In this document: positions 28,137 to 38,174 of the stretch, in pieces
How the letters are laid out: every line of letters begins with the position of its first letter
How positions within the stretch are numbered: position 1 is the stretch's first letter
NCBI GenBank assembly: GCA_963816185.1
Contig: CAWFJJ010000021.1
Span: forward strand, 53,269-117,268
Direction: 5' to 3'
DNA: 64,000 nucleotides
DNA from: Thermoanaerobaculia bacterium
GTDB taxonomy: Bacteria; Acidobacteriota; Thermoanaerobaculia; UBA5066
Notes under the pieces: model-generated
The model's database searches: none
The model's input: only the letters and a program-made list of their open reading frames with translations
Told to the model about the DNA's origin: nothing
Made by a program: the position numbers and the translations under genes

Positions 28137-29991
28137 GCGGCGCCGCCGGGCGGAGGCGCAACAAGAGCTGCGTGTCGCCGAAAGGCTCGATCGAAACGGC
28201 GCGCGCTTCGAGCCCCCTGCGGAGCGGCGGCAGCCAGCCGCGGAGCCAAACGAACTTCGGGTAGCTCTCGGTGTTTTTCTCGGCCGCGGCCGCCACGTCC
28301 CAGAGGAAGCGCGAAAAGAAGACCGCGTCGACCGGCGCATCTCCCGCCGTGACCTGCCCGGCGATCCCCACGGCGCGCGCGCCGGACTCGTCCACCATGA
28401 GCGAGGCGAGGCCGACACGCCCCAAATCGCCGCGCCGGACGCGCTCGAAAATCTTCCCCTCGTCCTGACCCCAGTCCACGTTCGAGTCCGAAAGAATCGC
28501 CGGGACACCGGCGGGACCTCCGCAAAAGAGGTTTCCGAACGAGATCTCCCGGCCGATTCGAAGCGCGCCCTCACCCGCCGCCGCGAGGACGACGGCGGCG
28601 AGCGCGATCGCGAGCGTATGGCGCCGGCGAACGAGAGTCCGGAGAGCTCCCGCCGCTGCGGCGATCGCGAAGGGGACCACGGGAAACGCGTGGCGAACGC
28701 CGATGTTCACGTTCGAGGCGCAAGCCGCGAAGAGGTAAGCGCCGCCGAGAGCGGCCGGAAGGCAGGCGCGCGCGGCGAGAAGACCGCGACTGCGCGCCCC
28801 CCTGGAGGCAAGAACGCCCGCTGCGACGAAAGCCGCCAGGACGAAGAGAACGGTCGCCGTCGTGAGCTTGATCCCGAGGGCGACCGGGAAATAGAGCGCG
28901 TAGCCCTTTCCGGAGATCTCGCCGAAGAAGTAATTGAAGCGCTCGCCGGGGCCGGCGACACCCTGCACGAAAAGCAGCCCCGCGCCGTAGGCCGCGACCG
29001 ACTTCGGAAGCATGCCTGCCAGCGCCAGGGCGGCTCGCTCCTGCGGCAGCCCGGCGAACTCGCGCGCGATTCCCGCGCGAAAAGCGGAATCGCTCGTCCC
29101 GGCGAACGTGAGGAACTGGATGAGAAAGAGGGTGACGAGGGCGGGTCCAACGAGAAATGCCAGAACAGAAGGGGAGGTTCGAAGAGAATTTCTTAGAAGG
29201 TGAAGAGGGCCGGAGGGGAGTGCGACCTCTTTTCTGAAATTCGGGGCTGCTGATGCAGCCCCGATAGTTGCAAATCTTCTTCCCGAATGGCCGATGTCAA
29301 GGGCGCGCTTCGCGCGCCGCGCAGCGGTCTTCGACCCTTGACGTCGATCATTCGGGAAATACGGTCTCCGACCAGAAAACCTCCCGGTGCTCTCTGACCC
29401 AAGGCGGACCACCGCAATGGCAGCGAAAACCGCGAGGAACGGGAAAGCAGAGTATTTCGACGCCGTCGCGAAGCCGTAGAGAACTCCGCTCCCGACGAGC
29501 CAGCGGAGGTCGGGCTTCCTTCTTCCCGTGCCCCGCGCGGCGTATTCCAGCGCGAGCGCCGCGGCCACGAGGAAGAACGTCACGAGGATGTCGCTCTGGA
29601 CGAGGGTACCGTGCCCGCGGAGAGTGGGCTCGATGGCGACGAGGGCCGCGGCGGCGAGGCCGGTAAGGTCGCCTGCGAAGGTACGCGCGAGGAGCCCGGT
29701 CGCCAGGACGAGGCCCGCGAAGATGAAAGGCATCGGCGCCCGGCCGGCGCGCGTTTCGTCGATCTCCATCGCCGGCGTCTCCCGCGGGAGGAAGACGCCG
29801 GCAAGCACCTTCATCAGGACGGGGTGCTCGAAGTTCGAGACCATGCCCGGCCCATAGCGCCACTCGCGGGCGGCCGTGAGGTGCGCGGGCTCGTCCGACG
29901 TCGTCCAGAGAGAGAACCGTGCGCGTTCGGCGCCGAGAAAGGCGAGGAGGACGACGGCGGCGAGAGCCGCCGCGAACCGCGCGCGCGACAT
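28096..29991 (-). CDS. ArnT/PMT_2-like GT-C glycosyltransferase with an internal ~80-aa insert
   Basis: TSDEPAH, NFEHPVLMK, HGTLVQSD, SKYSA, NIGVRH, DSNVDWGQD; start ATG 29991. Confidence 0.85.
   Translation of the reverse strand: MSRARFAAALAAVVLLAFLGAERARFSLWTTSDEPAHLTAAREWRYGPGMVSNFEHPVLMKVLAGVFLPRETPAMEIDETRAGRAPMPFIFAGLVLATGLLARTFAGDLTGLAAAALVAIEPTLRGHGTLVQSDILVTFFLVAAALALEYAARGTGRRKPDLRWLVGSGVLYGFATASKYSAFPFLAVFAAIAVVRLGSESTGRFSGRRPYFPNDRRQGSKTAARRAKRALDIGHSGRRFATIGAASAAPNFRKEVALPSGPLHLLRNSLRTSPSVLAFLVGPALVTLFLIQFLTFAGTSDSAFRAGIAREFAGLPQERAALALAGMLPKSVAAYGAGLLFVQGVAGPGERFNYFFGEISGKGYALYFPVALGIKLTTATVLFVLAAFVAAGVLASRGARSRGLLAARACLPAALGGAYLFAACASNVNIGVRHAFPVVPFAIAAAAGALRTLVRRRHTLAIALAAVVLAAAGEGALRIGREISFGNLFCGGPAGVPAILSDSNVDWGQDEGKIFERVRRGDLGRVGLASLMVDESGARAVGIAGQVTAGDAPVDAVFFSRFLWDVAAAAEKNTESYPKFVWLRGWLPPLRRGLEARAVSIEPFGDTQLLLRLRPAAPPTASPSGPPAPTP
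29186..29200 (+). repeat. Dispersed AT-rich motif copy
   Basis: GAATTTCTTAGAAGG followed by TGAAGAG. Confidence 0.75.
29241..29358. repeat. Intragenic palindromic element: perfect hairpin plus branched cruciform
   Basis: TCGGGGCTGC-tgat-GCAGCCCCGA (29241-29264); 24-bp outer stem 29280-29303/29335-29358 with 3 mismatches enclosing triloop hairpins. Confidence 0.8.
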
Positions 29992-29999
29992 TCGGTCGA

Positions 30000-31634
30000 T
30001 TATGCGTGGACTCCCGGGGCCTCGTGGCCCGTCCGCACCACCCATTCGCGGTAGGACCCGCCGTAGACGTGCGGCGCGGCGGTGCCGCCCTCGCCGGTGA
30101 GCTCGAGGACGCGGTTTGCGAGGCCTCGCAGGAACGTGCGGTCGTGCGAGACGAAAAGCATCGTCCCGTCGAACGTCGAGAGGGCCTTTACGAGCATCTC
30201 CTTCGTAGCGAGATCGAGGTGATTCGTGGGCTCGTCGAGGACGAGGAAATTCGGAGGATCGAACAGCATGCGCGCCATCACGAGGCGCGATTTCTCGCCG
30301 CCGGAAAGGAAGCGGACCCTCTTGTCCACGTCGTCGCCCGAGAACTGGAACGCGCCGACGAGCGCACGCAGGACGCCGAGGCCGGCGGCCGGAAAGTCCT
30401 TCTGGACCTGCTCGAGCACGGTCAGCTCCGGATCGAGGAGGTCCAGGGCCTGCTGCGAAAAGTAGCCGAGCTTCACGCTCGCCCCGAGGCGCACCGTGCC
30501 GCCGTCGGGTGAAAGGACTCCCGCGACCATTTTCAGAAGCGTCGTCTTCCCGGCGCCGTTGACGCCCATGACGCACCAGCGCTCGCCGCGCCGGACGAGG
30601 AAATCGAAATCCCTGTAGAGGCGTCGCATCCCGTAAGCCTTCGACAGCTTCTCGAGGATCGCCACGTCGTCGCCGGAGCGCGGCGGCGGCTTGAAGTCGA
30701 AACGCACGACGGCGCGTTTCTTCGGCAGCGCGATCGTCTCGATCTTCTCGAGCTTCTTGACGCGGCTCTGCACCTGGGCCGCCTTCGCGGCGTGCGTCTG
30801 GAAGCGCTCGATGAAGCGCTGCTCTTTCGCGAGCATCGCCTGCTGCCGCGCGAAGGCGGCTTCCCGCTGCGCCTCGCGCTGAGCCCTCTCCTTCTCGTAG
30901 AAGTCGTAGTTGCCCGAATACGCCACGAGCTCTCCGGAGTCGATGTCGACGACCTTCGAGACGACGCGGTTCATGAAGTCGCGGTCGTGGCACGTGATGA
31001 GCAGCGAGCCCGGGAAGGCCTCGAGGTATTCCTCGAGCCAGATGATGGATTCGATGTCGAGGTGGTTCGTGGGCTCGTCCATGAGGAGGACGTCGGGCCT
31101 GCCGAGGAGGACCTTCGCCATCGCGACGCGCATCTTCCAGCCGCCGGACAGGGCGCCGACGTCGGAGTCGATGCGCTCGTCGTCGAAGCCGAGCCCGTGG
31201 AGGACCTCGCGGGCGCGGGCCTCCAGGTCGTACCCTCCGCGCTGCTGGTATTCGGACTGCACGTCGCCGAACCGTGCCAGGATGCCTTCCGCCTCGCCGG
31301 CGCGCTCCGGGTCCGCGAGCGCGTGCTCGAGGCCGATCAGCTCGTGGTGGAGGTCGCCGAGGCGTCCGCTTCCCGCAATCGCCTCGTCGAGAACCGGCCA
31401 TCCCGCCATCTCGTCGATCTCCTGCCTGAAGTAGCCGATCGAGAGCTTCTTCGGGACGGTTACGTCGCCGTCGTCGGCGTGCTCTTCGCCCGTGATGAGC
31501 CGGAAGATCGTCGTCTTGCCGGCTCCGTTCGGGCCGACGAGGCCGATCTTCTCGCCCGGGTTGAGCTGAAAGGAGGCGTCGACGAAGAGGACCTGCCGGC
31601 CGTACTGTTTGCAGATGCCGGAAAGAGCGATCAC
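30000..31634 (-). CDS. ABC-F family ribosome-associated ATPase
   Basis: Two NBDs (GPNGAGKT/LSGGW/DEPTNHLD; GVNGAGKT/LSGGE/DEPTNHLD), inter-domain linker, no TM. Confidence 0.95.
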   Translation of the reverse strand: MIALSGICKQYGRQVLFVDASFQLNPGEKIGLVGPNGAGKTTIFRLITGEEHADDGDVTVPKKLSIGYFRQEIDEMAGWPVLDEAIAGSGRLGDLHHELIGLEHALADPERAGEAEGILARFGDVQSEYQQRGGYDLEARAREVLHGLGFDDERIDSDVGALSGGWKMRVAMAKVLLGRPDVLLMDEPTNHLDIESIIWLEEYLEAFPGSLLITCHDRDFMNRVVSKVVDIDSGELVAYSGNYDFYEKERAQREAQREAAFARQQAMLAKEQRFIERFQTHAAKAAQVQSRVKKLEKIETIALPKKRAVVRFDFKPPPRSGDDVAILEKLSKAYGMRRLYRDFDFLVRRGERWCVMGVNGAGKTTLLKMVAGVLSPDGGTVRLGASVKLGYFSQQALDLLDPELTVLEQVQKDFPAAGLGVLRALVGAFQFSGDDVDKRVRFLSGGEKSRLVMARMLFDPPNFLVLDEPTNHLDLATKEMLVKALSTFDGTMLFVSHDRTFLRGLANRVLELTGEGGTAAPHVYGGSYREWVVRTGHEAPGVHA

Positions 31635-31671
31635 ACCCGGCGCACGATAGCAGGACCGTGCGCGGGACGGA

Positions 31672-32109
31672 TCATTCGATCATCGCGATGCGGCGGGCGT
31701 GGCGTCCGCCTCCGGCACCCGGCTCGAACGGCGTCTCGAGGAAGATCCTGACGATCGTGAGCGCCATCTCGAGGGGGATCATCCTTTCGCCGAGCGAGAG
31801 GACGTTCGCGTCGTTGTGCTCGCGGCTGGCTTTCGCGGTGGCTTCGTTCCAGCACAGCGCGCAGCGCACGCCCCGGACCTTGTTCGCGACCATGGCTTCG
31901 CCGTTTCCCGAGCCGCCGAGGACGATGCCGCGCGCGCACTCGCCGAGGGCGACGGCCTCGGCGGCGGGCCGGACGTAGATCGGGTAATCGACCATGTCGG
32001 CCGCGAACGTGCCGCAATCCTTCACCTCGTGGCCCATCCCGAGGAGCATGGCCTTGATCTTCTCTTTGTATGCGAAACCGGCGTGGTCGCAGCCGAGGGA
32101 GATCTTCAT
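31672..32109 (-). CDS. rpiB: Ribose-5-phosphate isomerase B
   Basis: GCDHAG, DYP, GGSGNG, ANKVRG, HNDANVL, GGRHARR. Confidence 0.96.
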   Translation of the reverse strand: MKISLGCDHAGFAYKEKIKAMLLGMGHEVKDCGTFAADMVDYPIYVRPAAEAVALGECARGIVLGGSGNGEAMVANKVRGVRCALCWNEATAKASREHNDANVLSLGERMIPLEMALTIVRIFLETPFEPGAGGGRHARRIAMIE

Positions 32110-32120
32110 GACGGGGAAGT

Positions 32121-35100
32121 CTAGGGCACGAGCGCCGCCGGGAAGTAGCTGCCGTCGTTCGTCCGGTTGTCGACGAGCGTCGCCCAGGCCGTGGCGGAGC
32201 CGCCGTCGAGGACGTCGACGAGGAGGGATGCCTGCTCGAGCGGCGGCGTCGACATCGCGGCAAAGACGTCGTTCCACTGGACGGCCTCGTTCGGGCCCAG
32301 GGCGAGCGTGCGGGCCGCGACCGCCACGCCCGCCGGGTTCAGGAGCGAGACGCGGAGCGTCGTCGCCGCGCCACCCGTCTCGACGAACCCGACGTTCGTG
32401 CGCTGGAGCTCGGAGCTGGAAAGGAACGTGAGAGCGAGCGTTCGCCCGGGACCGGCGACGGCTGCCCCGGAGGACGGGTCGATCGCGACGCCGTAGCTCC
32501 GGGAGCCGTCCAGCGTGTACGTGCGGCTCGAGGCGAGGATGGCGGTCCCGTCGAGCGCGGTGAGGCGCAGCGCGCCCGAGACGTCGGAGACCGGAGCGAA
32601 GAGCTGGCCGAGTGCGTCGTCCAGGAAGCGTGTCTCGCCCCCCGCGAGCGTGACGAGCACCGGAGAGAAGATGCCGCCCGACGTCGGGAACAGAGACACT
32701 TTCACGCGCGCTGGAGAAGCTGCCGTGTTCGCGATCTTCAGGTCGGTCACGTAGCGCGCGCCGAAGCGGCCGTCGGCCCGCGCGACCGTGGGAAGCAGGA
32801 GGTCGGTCCCCGCGACCGCCGCCCCCGCGAACGCCCCGTCATTCGAGGAGTTGTCGACCGTCGTCGCGAAGGGAGCGATTCGCCCCCTGCCCGACACGAC
32901 GCGGATCTCGAGCCGGTCCGCGGCGTCGGGCAGGATATTCGCTGCCGTGTAGATGTCGTTCACCTGCAGGAGTCCGCCCGCCGGCACCGTCTCCGGAAGG
33001 ACGGCGCGCACGGCGCCGTGCGCGTCCTTCACGACGATCTCCGCCGTGGCGTCGTGGCCCGTGACCTCCGTGAGCCCGACGTTCACGCGAAAGCCGGTGT
33101 CGCGGAACACGGGCACGAGCGTGAGCGTCGTCCCCGCGCCGGCGGCCGCGGCAGGAGGCGCCGCGGGAATCGAGAGGCCGAAGGAGCCTCCTCGCACGGC
33201 GGTCGTGGCGGTGTGGGAGGCGGCGACCACCGAGGCCGGCGCGGAGAGGAACAGGGGCCCGTAACCGTCCGTGCGAAACGTGTTGCCGAGGACGTCGTCG
33301 AGCGCGCGCGTCGAGAGCGGCGGCAGCGTCAACGAGACGGTGCGTGCCGGTCCGGCTTCCGCCGGTTGGAATCTCATGGAGACCGTCGAGGAGTTCGCCG
33401 CGTCCGTGTTGAAGAGCCTGAGGTCCGTCGTGAAGAACGCGCCGAGCCTGCCGATCCTGTGGGCGGACGTCGGGATCACCGCGGTTGCGCCCGGGAAGGG
33501 CGCATTGCCGGTCGGCGCCTCCGGTTCGATGAGGAGCGCCCAGGAGACGAGACGTCCGGCGCCTGCGCCCGCCACGGCGTCGAGCACGCGAAGCCGCCAC
33601 GTGCCCGCGGCCTGCCGGCCCGCGAAGCTCGAAAGAGGCTCGAGAGGTTCGCGTGTGCGCCCGAAGACCTCGCGAAAAGCGTCGCCCGTGCGGCCGTCGC
33701 GGTTCATGAGCAGAACGTTCTCGCCGTCGGGGCCGCTCAGCGACACGATGAGCTGCGATACGTCGGGATGATCGATCGACAGCGCGACGGCCACCGAGGA
33801 CACGTGGCCCGTGAGCGCGGAGACGAACGCTTCGCAGACGAGCGTTTCTCCCGTACCGTCGGGAATCGCGGCGCCGCCGCAGGAGCCGATCGGGGTCGTG
33901 GCGCTCAGGGCCGCGGAAAGATCGAGACGCGGAGTGATCCGGCCCGTGCGGTTATCGAGCACGGGAACGCCCGTGGCGCGCAGAAGGTCGAATGCGAGCG
34001 CGGGGTCGGCGAGCGGCCGCGCCTGTCGGGTTAGGAGGACCGCGCCGGTCGCGGCCGGCGCCGAGGCGGAGGTGCCGGAGAAAACGGCCGTCCGGCCGCC
34101 GCCGGCGGCCGTCGTCGTCCAACCGACGCCCGGCGCGAGCATCGAAAGGCCGGGACCCGACGAGCTTGCACACGGCACGACGTCGGGTCCCGAGAGCGCG
34201 TCCTCGCACGCGGGGGGTCCGTTCCAGACGACGGAGCCCGAGGAGGCGGAGTACACCATCCCGACCGCGGCGACGTTCGAGAGGCAAGCCGGCCATGGCA
34301 GGCCGGACGACTTGCCGTCGTTTCCCGAGGCGGCCACGGCCGCGATGCCGGCCGCGCGCACGGCCGCGAACGCCGCCGCGCCGGCGGGGTCGACCGTGTC
34401 GCAGAAGGCGCTGTGCGAGGACTCGTCGGCGAGACTGAGGTTGATGGCCTCGATGTTCAAGGCGTCGCGGTTCGACACGGCCCAGTCCACGGCCCCGAGC
34501 ACGTCTGAGGCGCGCGCGCTGCGGCATCCGTCGCCGAGGCCGAAGACCTTGAGGACGACGAGGCCGGCCTCGGGGGCGATGCCTTGAGGTCCCGCCACGA
34601 CCCCGGCGACCTCCGTCCCGTGGCCGTTGCAATCTGCGAGATCGCCGTTGTTGTCGGCGAAGTTCCAGCCGGGCCAGCCCGAGGTCGACGGGGGCTTCAG
34701 GTCGGGATGGGCGAGGTCGATTCCGCTGTCCACGATCGCGACGCTCCGGCCCCGTCCCGTCACGCCGAGGCTGAGCAGCCTGTCCGCACCGATCTGAGCC
34801 GTTCCGATCTGTCCCGCGGGCCGCACGAGGCGATCGAACCCGACGTGAAGTACGTCCGAGCGCGCCGCAAGAGCGGCAATGTCGGCCGCCGTGGCCCAGC
34901 CCGCGGCGACAGGCGCATTTGCGAGGCGGCGCGTGATCGAGAAACCGGGCCGCTCGGCGTCCGCCCGGAGCGACACGAGGATCGGAATCTGCGCCTGCCC
35001 GGCCCTCACGCGCGCTTCGACCTCGGGCGACACGACCGCCGACCGAGCCGCGAGAGGCGCGAGGACGAGTGCGGCGGCCGCCGCGGATCGGAATAGCGCT

Positions 35101-35129
35101 TGAACGTTCATCCGGAAGACGGCGAGCAC
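32121..35129 (-). CDS. Secreted S8 subtilase with proprotein-convertase P domain and two repeated C-terminal domains
   Basis: DSG, HGT, GTSASAP triad; P-domain (IDHP...GTWRLRVLD); duplicated module. Start may be ATG 35111. Confidence 0.88.
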   Translation of the reverse strand: MLAVFRMNVQALFRSAAAAALVLAPLAARSAVVSPEVEARVRAGQAQIPILVSLRADAERPGFSITRRLANAPVAAGWATAADIAALAARSDVLHVGFDRLVRPAGQIGTAQIGADRLLSLGVTGRGRSVAIVDSGIDLAHPDLKPPSTSGWPGWNFADNNGDLADCNGHGTEVAGVVAGPQGIAPEAGLVVLKVFGLGDGCRSARASDVLGAVDWAVSNRDALNIEAINLSLADESSHSAFCDTVDPAGAAAFAAVRAAGIAAVAASGNDGKSSGLPWPACLSNVAAVGMVYSASSGSVVWNGPPACEDALSGPDVVPCASSSGPGLSMLAPGVGWTTTAAGGGRTAVFSGTSASAPAATGAVLLTRQARPLADPALAFDLLRATGVPVLDNRTGRITPRLDLSAALSATTPIGSCGGAAIPDGTGETLVCEAFVSALTGHVSSVAVALSIDHPDVSQLIVSLSGPDGENVLLMNRDGRTGDAFREVFGRTREPLEPLSSFAGRQAAGTWRLRVLDAVAGAGAGRLVSWALLIEPEAPTGNAPFPGATAVIPTSAHRIGRLGAFFTTDLRLFNTDAANSSTVSMRFQPAEAGPARTVSLTLPPLSTRALDDVLGNTFRTDGYGPLFLSAPASVVAASHTATTAVRGGSFGLSIPAAPPAAAAGAGTTLTLVPVFRDTGFRVNVGLTEVTGHDATAEIVVKDAHGAVRAVLPETVPAGGLLQVNDIYTAANILPDAADRLEIRVVSGRGRIAPFATTVDNSSNDGAFAGAAVAGTDLLLPTVARADGRFGARYVTDLKIANTAASPARVKVSLFPTSGGIFSPVLVTLAGGETRFLDDALGQLFAPVSDVSGALRLTALDGTAILASSRTYTLDGSRSYGVAIDPSSGAAVAGPGRTLALTFLSSSELQRTNVGFVETGGAATTLRVSLLNPAGVAVAARTLALGPNEAVQWNDVFAAMSTPPLEQASLLVDVLDGGSATAWATLVDNRTNDGSYFPAALVP

Positions 35130-35185
35130 TGTCGTCGGTGTGCAACTGGCGTGCCCGAAGTGATCGCAGCCGGTAAGATCTCACC

Positions 35186-36007
35186 GTGGCGCGCTTCCCT
35201 CAACCCCTGGAGGTGGCGGGCGGCGTGGCCGTCTTCGCCGATGCTCATCTCGGCCAGGTGGAACGGGATGCGGAGGATTTCCTGCATGCGCTCGAGGGGG
35301 TGAGGAGGCGCGGTTTTGCGACGGTGGTCCTCCTCGGAGACATCTTTCACGTCTTCATCGGCGACGCGAAGCTGGAGACGCCTCTCCTGAAAAGCACGTT
35401 GCGGGGCTTGCAGGAGGTCGGTTCACGCGGACTTTCGCTTCGGTACGTGGAGGGAAACCGCGATTTTTTCGTCGCCGGCACGGCTTACGCGGCTCCGTTT
35501 TCGTCCTGGGCGCTGGCGGACGGTCTCCGCGTCGGAGATTCGCGCTACGCCTTCGTCCACGGAGATCGCGTGAACACGGCCGACTTTCCCTACCGGTTCT
35601 GGCGCGCCGTCTCGAAGAATCCGGTCGCGCACGCCGTACTGAGGGCGATCCCAGGACCCCTCGCACGCGCGATCGTCGCGCGAACCGAAGCTCGGCTTTA
35701 CCGGTCCAACTTCAAGCACAAGAAGAAGCTTCCCGAGGCCGCTCTCCTCGCGGAGGGCCGTGCAGCGCGCCAGGCAGGATACGACGCTCTCCTCGTAGGC
35801 CACTTCCACGTTGAGAGGACGCTGAAAAGCGATGGGGGCGTCACGCACGTCCTGCCCGCGTGGCTCGAGGAGAGAAAGCACGCCGAGATCGCGCCGGACG
35901 GCAGGCTCACGATCGTCGAAGAAGAATCCGCCGGGCGAGCGGTGCGCCGCGGTTTCGGAGCGCTCGAAACGGGCGGCGCGGTTTCGGCCACAGCCGTGGG
36001 CTCTTGA
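35186..36007 (+). CDS. lpxH: UDP-2,3-diacylglucosamine hydrolase
   Basis: DAHL, LGDIF, GNRDF, HGD, GHFH calcineurin-like motifs with the LpxH-type NRD. Confidence 0.82.
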   Translation: MARFPQPLEVAGGVAVFADAHLGQVERDAEDFLHALEGVRRRGFATVVLLGDIFHVFIGDAKLETPLLKSTLRGLQEVGSRGLSLRYVEGNRDFFVAGTAYAAPFSSWALADGLRVGDSRYAFVHGDRVNTADFPYRFWRAVSKNPVAHAVLRAIPGPLARAIVARTEARLYRSNFKHKKKLPEAALLAEGRAARQAGYDALLVGHFHVERTLKSDGGVTHVLPAWLEERKHAEIAPDGRLTIVEEESAGRAVRRGFGALETGGAVSATAVGS

Positions 36008-37293
36008 GCGCTCCACGCCGCCTCCCGCGGGGCCGTCTTGCGGGAAATCTCCGCGTTCCGGGCAGCAAGAGCCTGACGAACCGCGCTCTCGTCGCGGCCG
36101 CGCTCGCGGAAGGGGAGAGCGAGCTGCTCGACCCGCTGGATTCCACGGATACCCGTGCGTTGGCTTCTGCGCTCGAGCTGCTCGGAGCGGAGATTTTCTT
36201 AGAAGGTGTGAGGTGGCGGGTCGTCGGACCGATCGGCTCGAGCGGCCACTCGAACTCGGAGGTTCGCATCGACGTCGGAGATGCCGGAACGCCGGCGCGT
36301 TTTCTTGCGCCCCTCCTCGCGGCCGTGCCGGGACGTTATGTTCTCGACGGCAGCGCCCGGATGCGGGAACGGCCGATGTCTCCCCTTTTCGAAGCAATTC
36401 AAGCCCTGGGAGCCGATGTCAGGTTTCTCGGGCGGGAAGGCTTTCTCCCCGCCGCGATCCGCGGCGGCTCGCTGCACGGCGGGCGGGTGAAGATTCGCGG
36501 CGACGTCTCCTCGCAATTCCTGTCGGCGCTCATGCTCGTCTCGCCCCTCGTGCCGGGCGGCATCGAGCTCGAGGTCGAAGGGCCGATCTCGTCGGCGTCC
36601 TACCTCGCTCTGACGCGCCGTGTCCTGGACGGCTTCGGAGCTTCTCCGGGAGGCGGTTACCGGCCGGCGCGCTTTCGCGTGAGCGGCGACGACTCGGCCG
36701 CCTGTTTTCCGATCGCGGGCGCGATCGTTTCTGGAGGACGCGTGACGCTGCGCGGTCTCGCGCGAGAGTCGGAGCAGCCGGACGCGGCGTTCCGTGCGTG
36801 GGCGGCTGCCGCGGGCGGAAGGCTCGAGTGGGAGAGAGCGCCGGACGGCGAGGCGGCGCTCACGGTGAGAGGGCCCGAGGGCGGCGCGAACACGCTCCTC
36901 CTCCCCGTCGACGCGGACATGGACGCCGCGCCGGATGCCGCGCTTCCTCTCGCAGCGCTCGTCGCGTTCGCCGCCGGCACGTCGCGCCTCGTGGGCGTCG
37001 CCCGCCTGCGAGGGAAGGAATCCGACCGCCTCGCCGCCGCGCTCGATCTCCTTGCGGGCGCGGGCTCGACCGCACGGGAGGAGAGAGACCGACACGGCCC
37101 CGTCCTCGTCGTGGACGGCCCGAGGGGAGTGCCGCGAGCCGCGAATTTCGTCGCGCACGGAGATCACCGAGTCGCCATGGCGGCCGCGGTTCTCGCGCTC
37201 GCCCTGCCCGCCGGCTCGACGCTGGACGACCCGGGCGTCGTGGCGAAATCGTGGCCGGGGTTCTGGGAAGCGTGGGAGGGTCTCATCGGGTAG
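36004..37293 (+). CDS. aroA: 3-phosphoshikimate 1-carboxyvinyltransferase
   Basis: PGSKSLTNR, AGTPARF, SSQFLS, KESDR, DHRVAM, KSWPGF; TTG 36004 overlaps the lpxH stop. Confidence 0.95.
   Translation: MSAPRRLPRGRLAGNLRVPGSKSLTNRALVAAALAEGESELLDPLDSTDTRALASALELLGAEIFLEGVRWRVVGPIGSSGHSNSEVRIDVGDAGTPARFLAPLLAAVPGRYVLDGSARMRERPMSPLFEAIQALGADVRFLGREGFLPAAIRGGSLHGGRVKIRGDVSSQFLSALMLVSPLVPGGIELEVEGPISSASYLALTRRVLDGFGASPGGGYRPARFRVSGDDSAACFPIAGAIVSGGRVTLRGLARESEQPDAAFRAWAAAAGGRLEWERAPDGEAALTVRGPEGGANTLLLPVDADMDAAPDAALPLAALVAFAAGTSRLVGVARLRGKESDRLAAALDLLAGAGSTAREERDRHGPVLVVDGPRGVPRAANFVAHGDHRVAMAAAVLALALPAGSTLDDPGVVAKSWPGFWEAWEGLIG
36192..36206 (+). repeat. Dispersed AT-rich motif copy inside aroA
   Basis: GATTTTCTTAGAAGG, identical to the copy at 9632-9618; forces a rare TTA codon (EIFLEG). 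Confidence 0.75.
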
Positions 37294-37328
37294 CGGCGCA
37301 CAGGCGGGAGGCGCAGCCGGTCGCGCCG

Positions 37329-38174
37329 TCAGGCGAGCGCGCCGAAGCTGACCGCCGCGATGCCGCGGGCGGCGAGCGCCGCGCCGATCGCGCCCGATTC
37401 CAGGGCTTCGGACTCCTCGCACCACGCGTACCCCCAGTGATAGCGCGCCCGCGTGACGTCGTCCTCGTCGCCGGGGTGGAGGGCAACCTCGTAGTCGCCC
37501 TCGGGCAGATTTGCGACGGCGCGCGCGAAACGCGCTGCGGCCATGCGGCCCGCCTCGGCGAGGCCGAGGACTCGCGGCGGCTCGGGGAGCCCGGCTTTCT
37601 CGAGAAGCCGACGGCCCCGGCCGCCGAGGCGCGCGAGGAGGCCGGCGCGAAAGCGCGCGCCGATCTGGGCATCGGGCCGCGACGGCGGATCGTCCGCCCG
37701 GGGCGCGCGGATGAATGGCACCTTGAAACGGCGCGCGAGCGCCACGGTGACGGGGAAGAGCAGCGGGTGAAGGTGCAGGTTCTGGTGCGAGTCGAGATGC
37801 GTGACGGCGAGTCCGGCGTTTGCAGCCCGCGCGATCTGTGCTTCCCACTCGCGCTCCACTTCGGCCCGTCGGATCCGGCCGGCCGCGAGCGCGGCGAGAA
37901 CGTGGAGCCAGTGCGGCCGGAAGGCGGAGCCCGCCAGCAGGGTCGGAACATCGCGCGGCGCTGAGACGGGCATCTCGCCACCGGTGATGCAAAGGTGAAC
38001 GCCGGTTTCTGAGATGCCGGCCCCCCGGAGGCCGGCGGCCGCCGCCTCGAATGAGAAGCCGTTCGCGAGAAGGCTCGTGTCCGTGAGGAGGCTCCTTGCG
38101 CGCAGCCCGGCGATGCGTCGCGTATGCGCCGGCGCGAGACCGAAGTCGTCCGCGTTCAGGACGAGCCGCGTCAA
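37329..38174 (-). CDS. YdjC/ChbG/HpnK-family carbohydrate deacetylase
   Basis: NADDFG, GVHL, THLDSHQNLHLHP, HPG; TTG 38174 overlaps the GT2 stop. Confidence 0.9.
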   Translation of the reverse strand: MTRLVLNADDFGLAPAHTRRIAGLRARSLLTDTSLLANGFSFEAAAAGLRGAGISETGVHLCITGGEMPVSAPRDVPTLLAGSAFRPHWLHVLAALAAGRIRRAEVEREWEAQIARAANAGLAVTHLDSHQNLHLHPLLFPVTVALARRFKVPFIRAPRADDPPSRPDAQIGARFRAGLLARLGGRGRRLLEKAGLPEPPRVLGLAEAGRMAAARFARAVANLPEGDYEVALHPGDEDDVTRARYHWGYAWCEESEALESGAIGAALAARGIAAVSFGALA

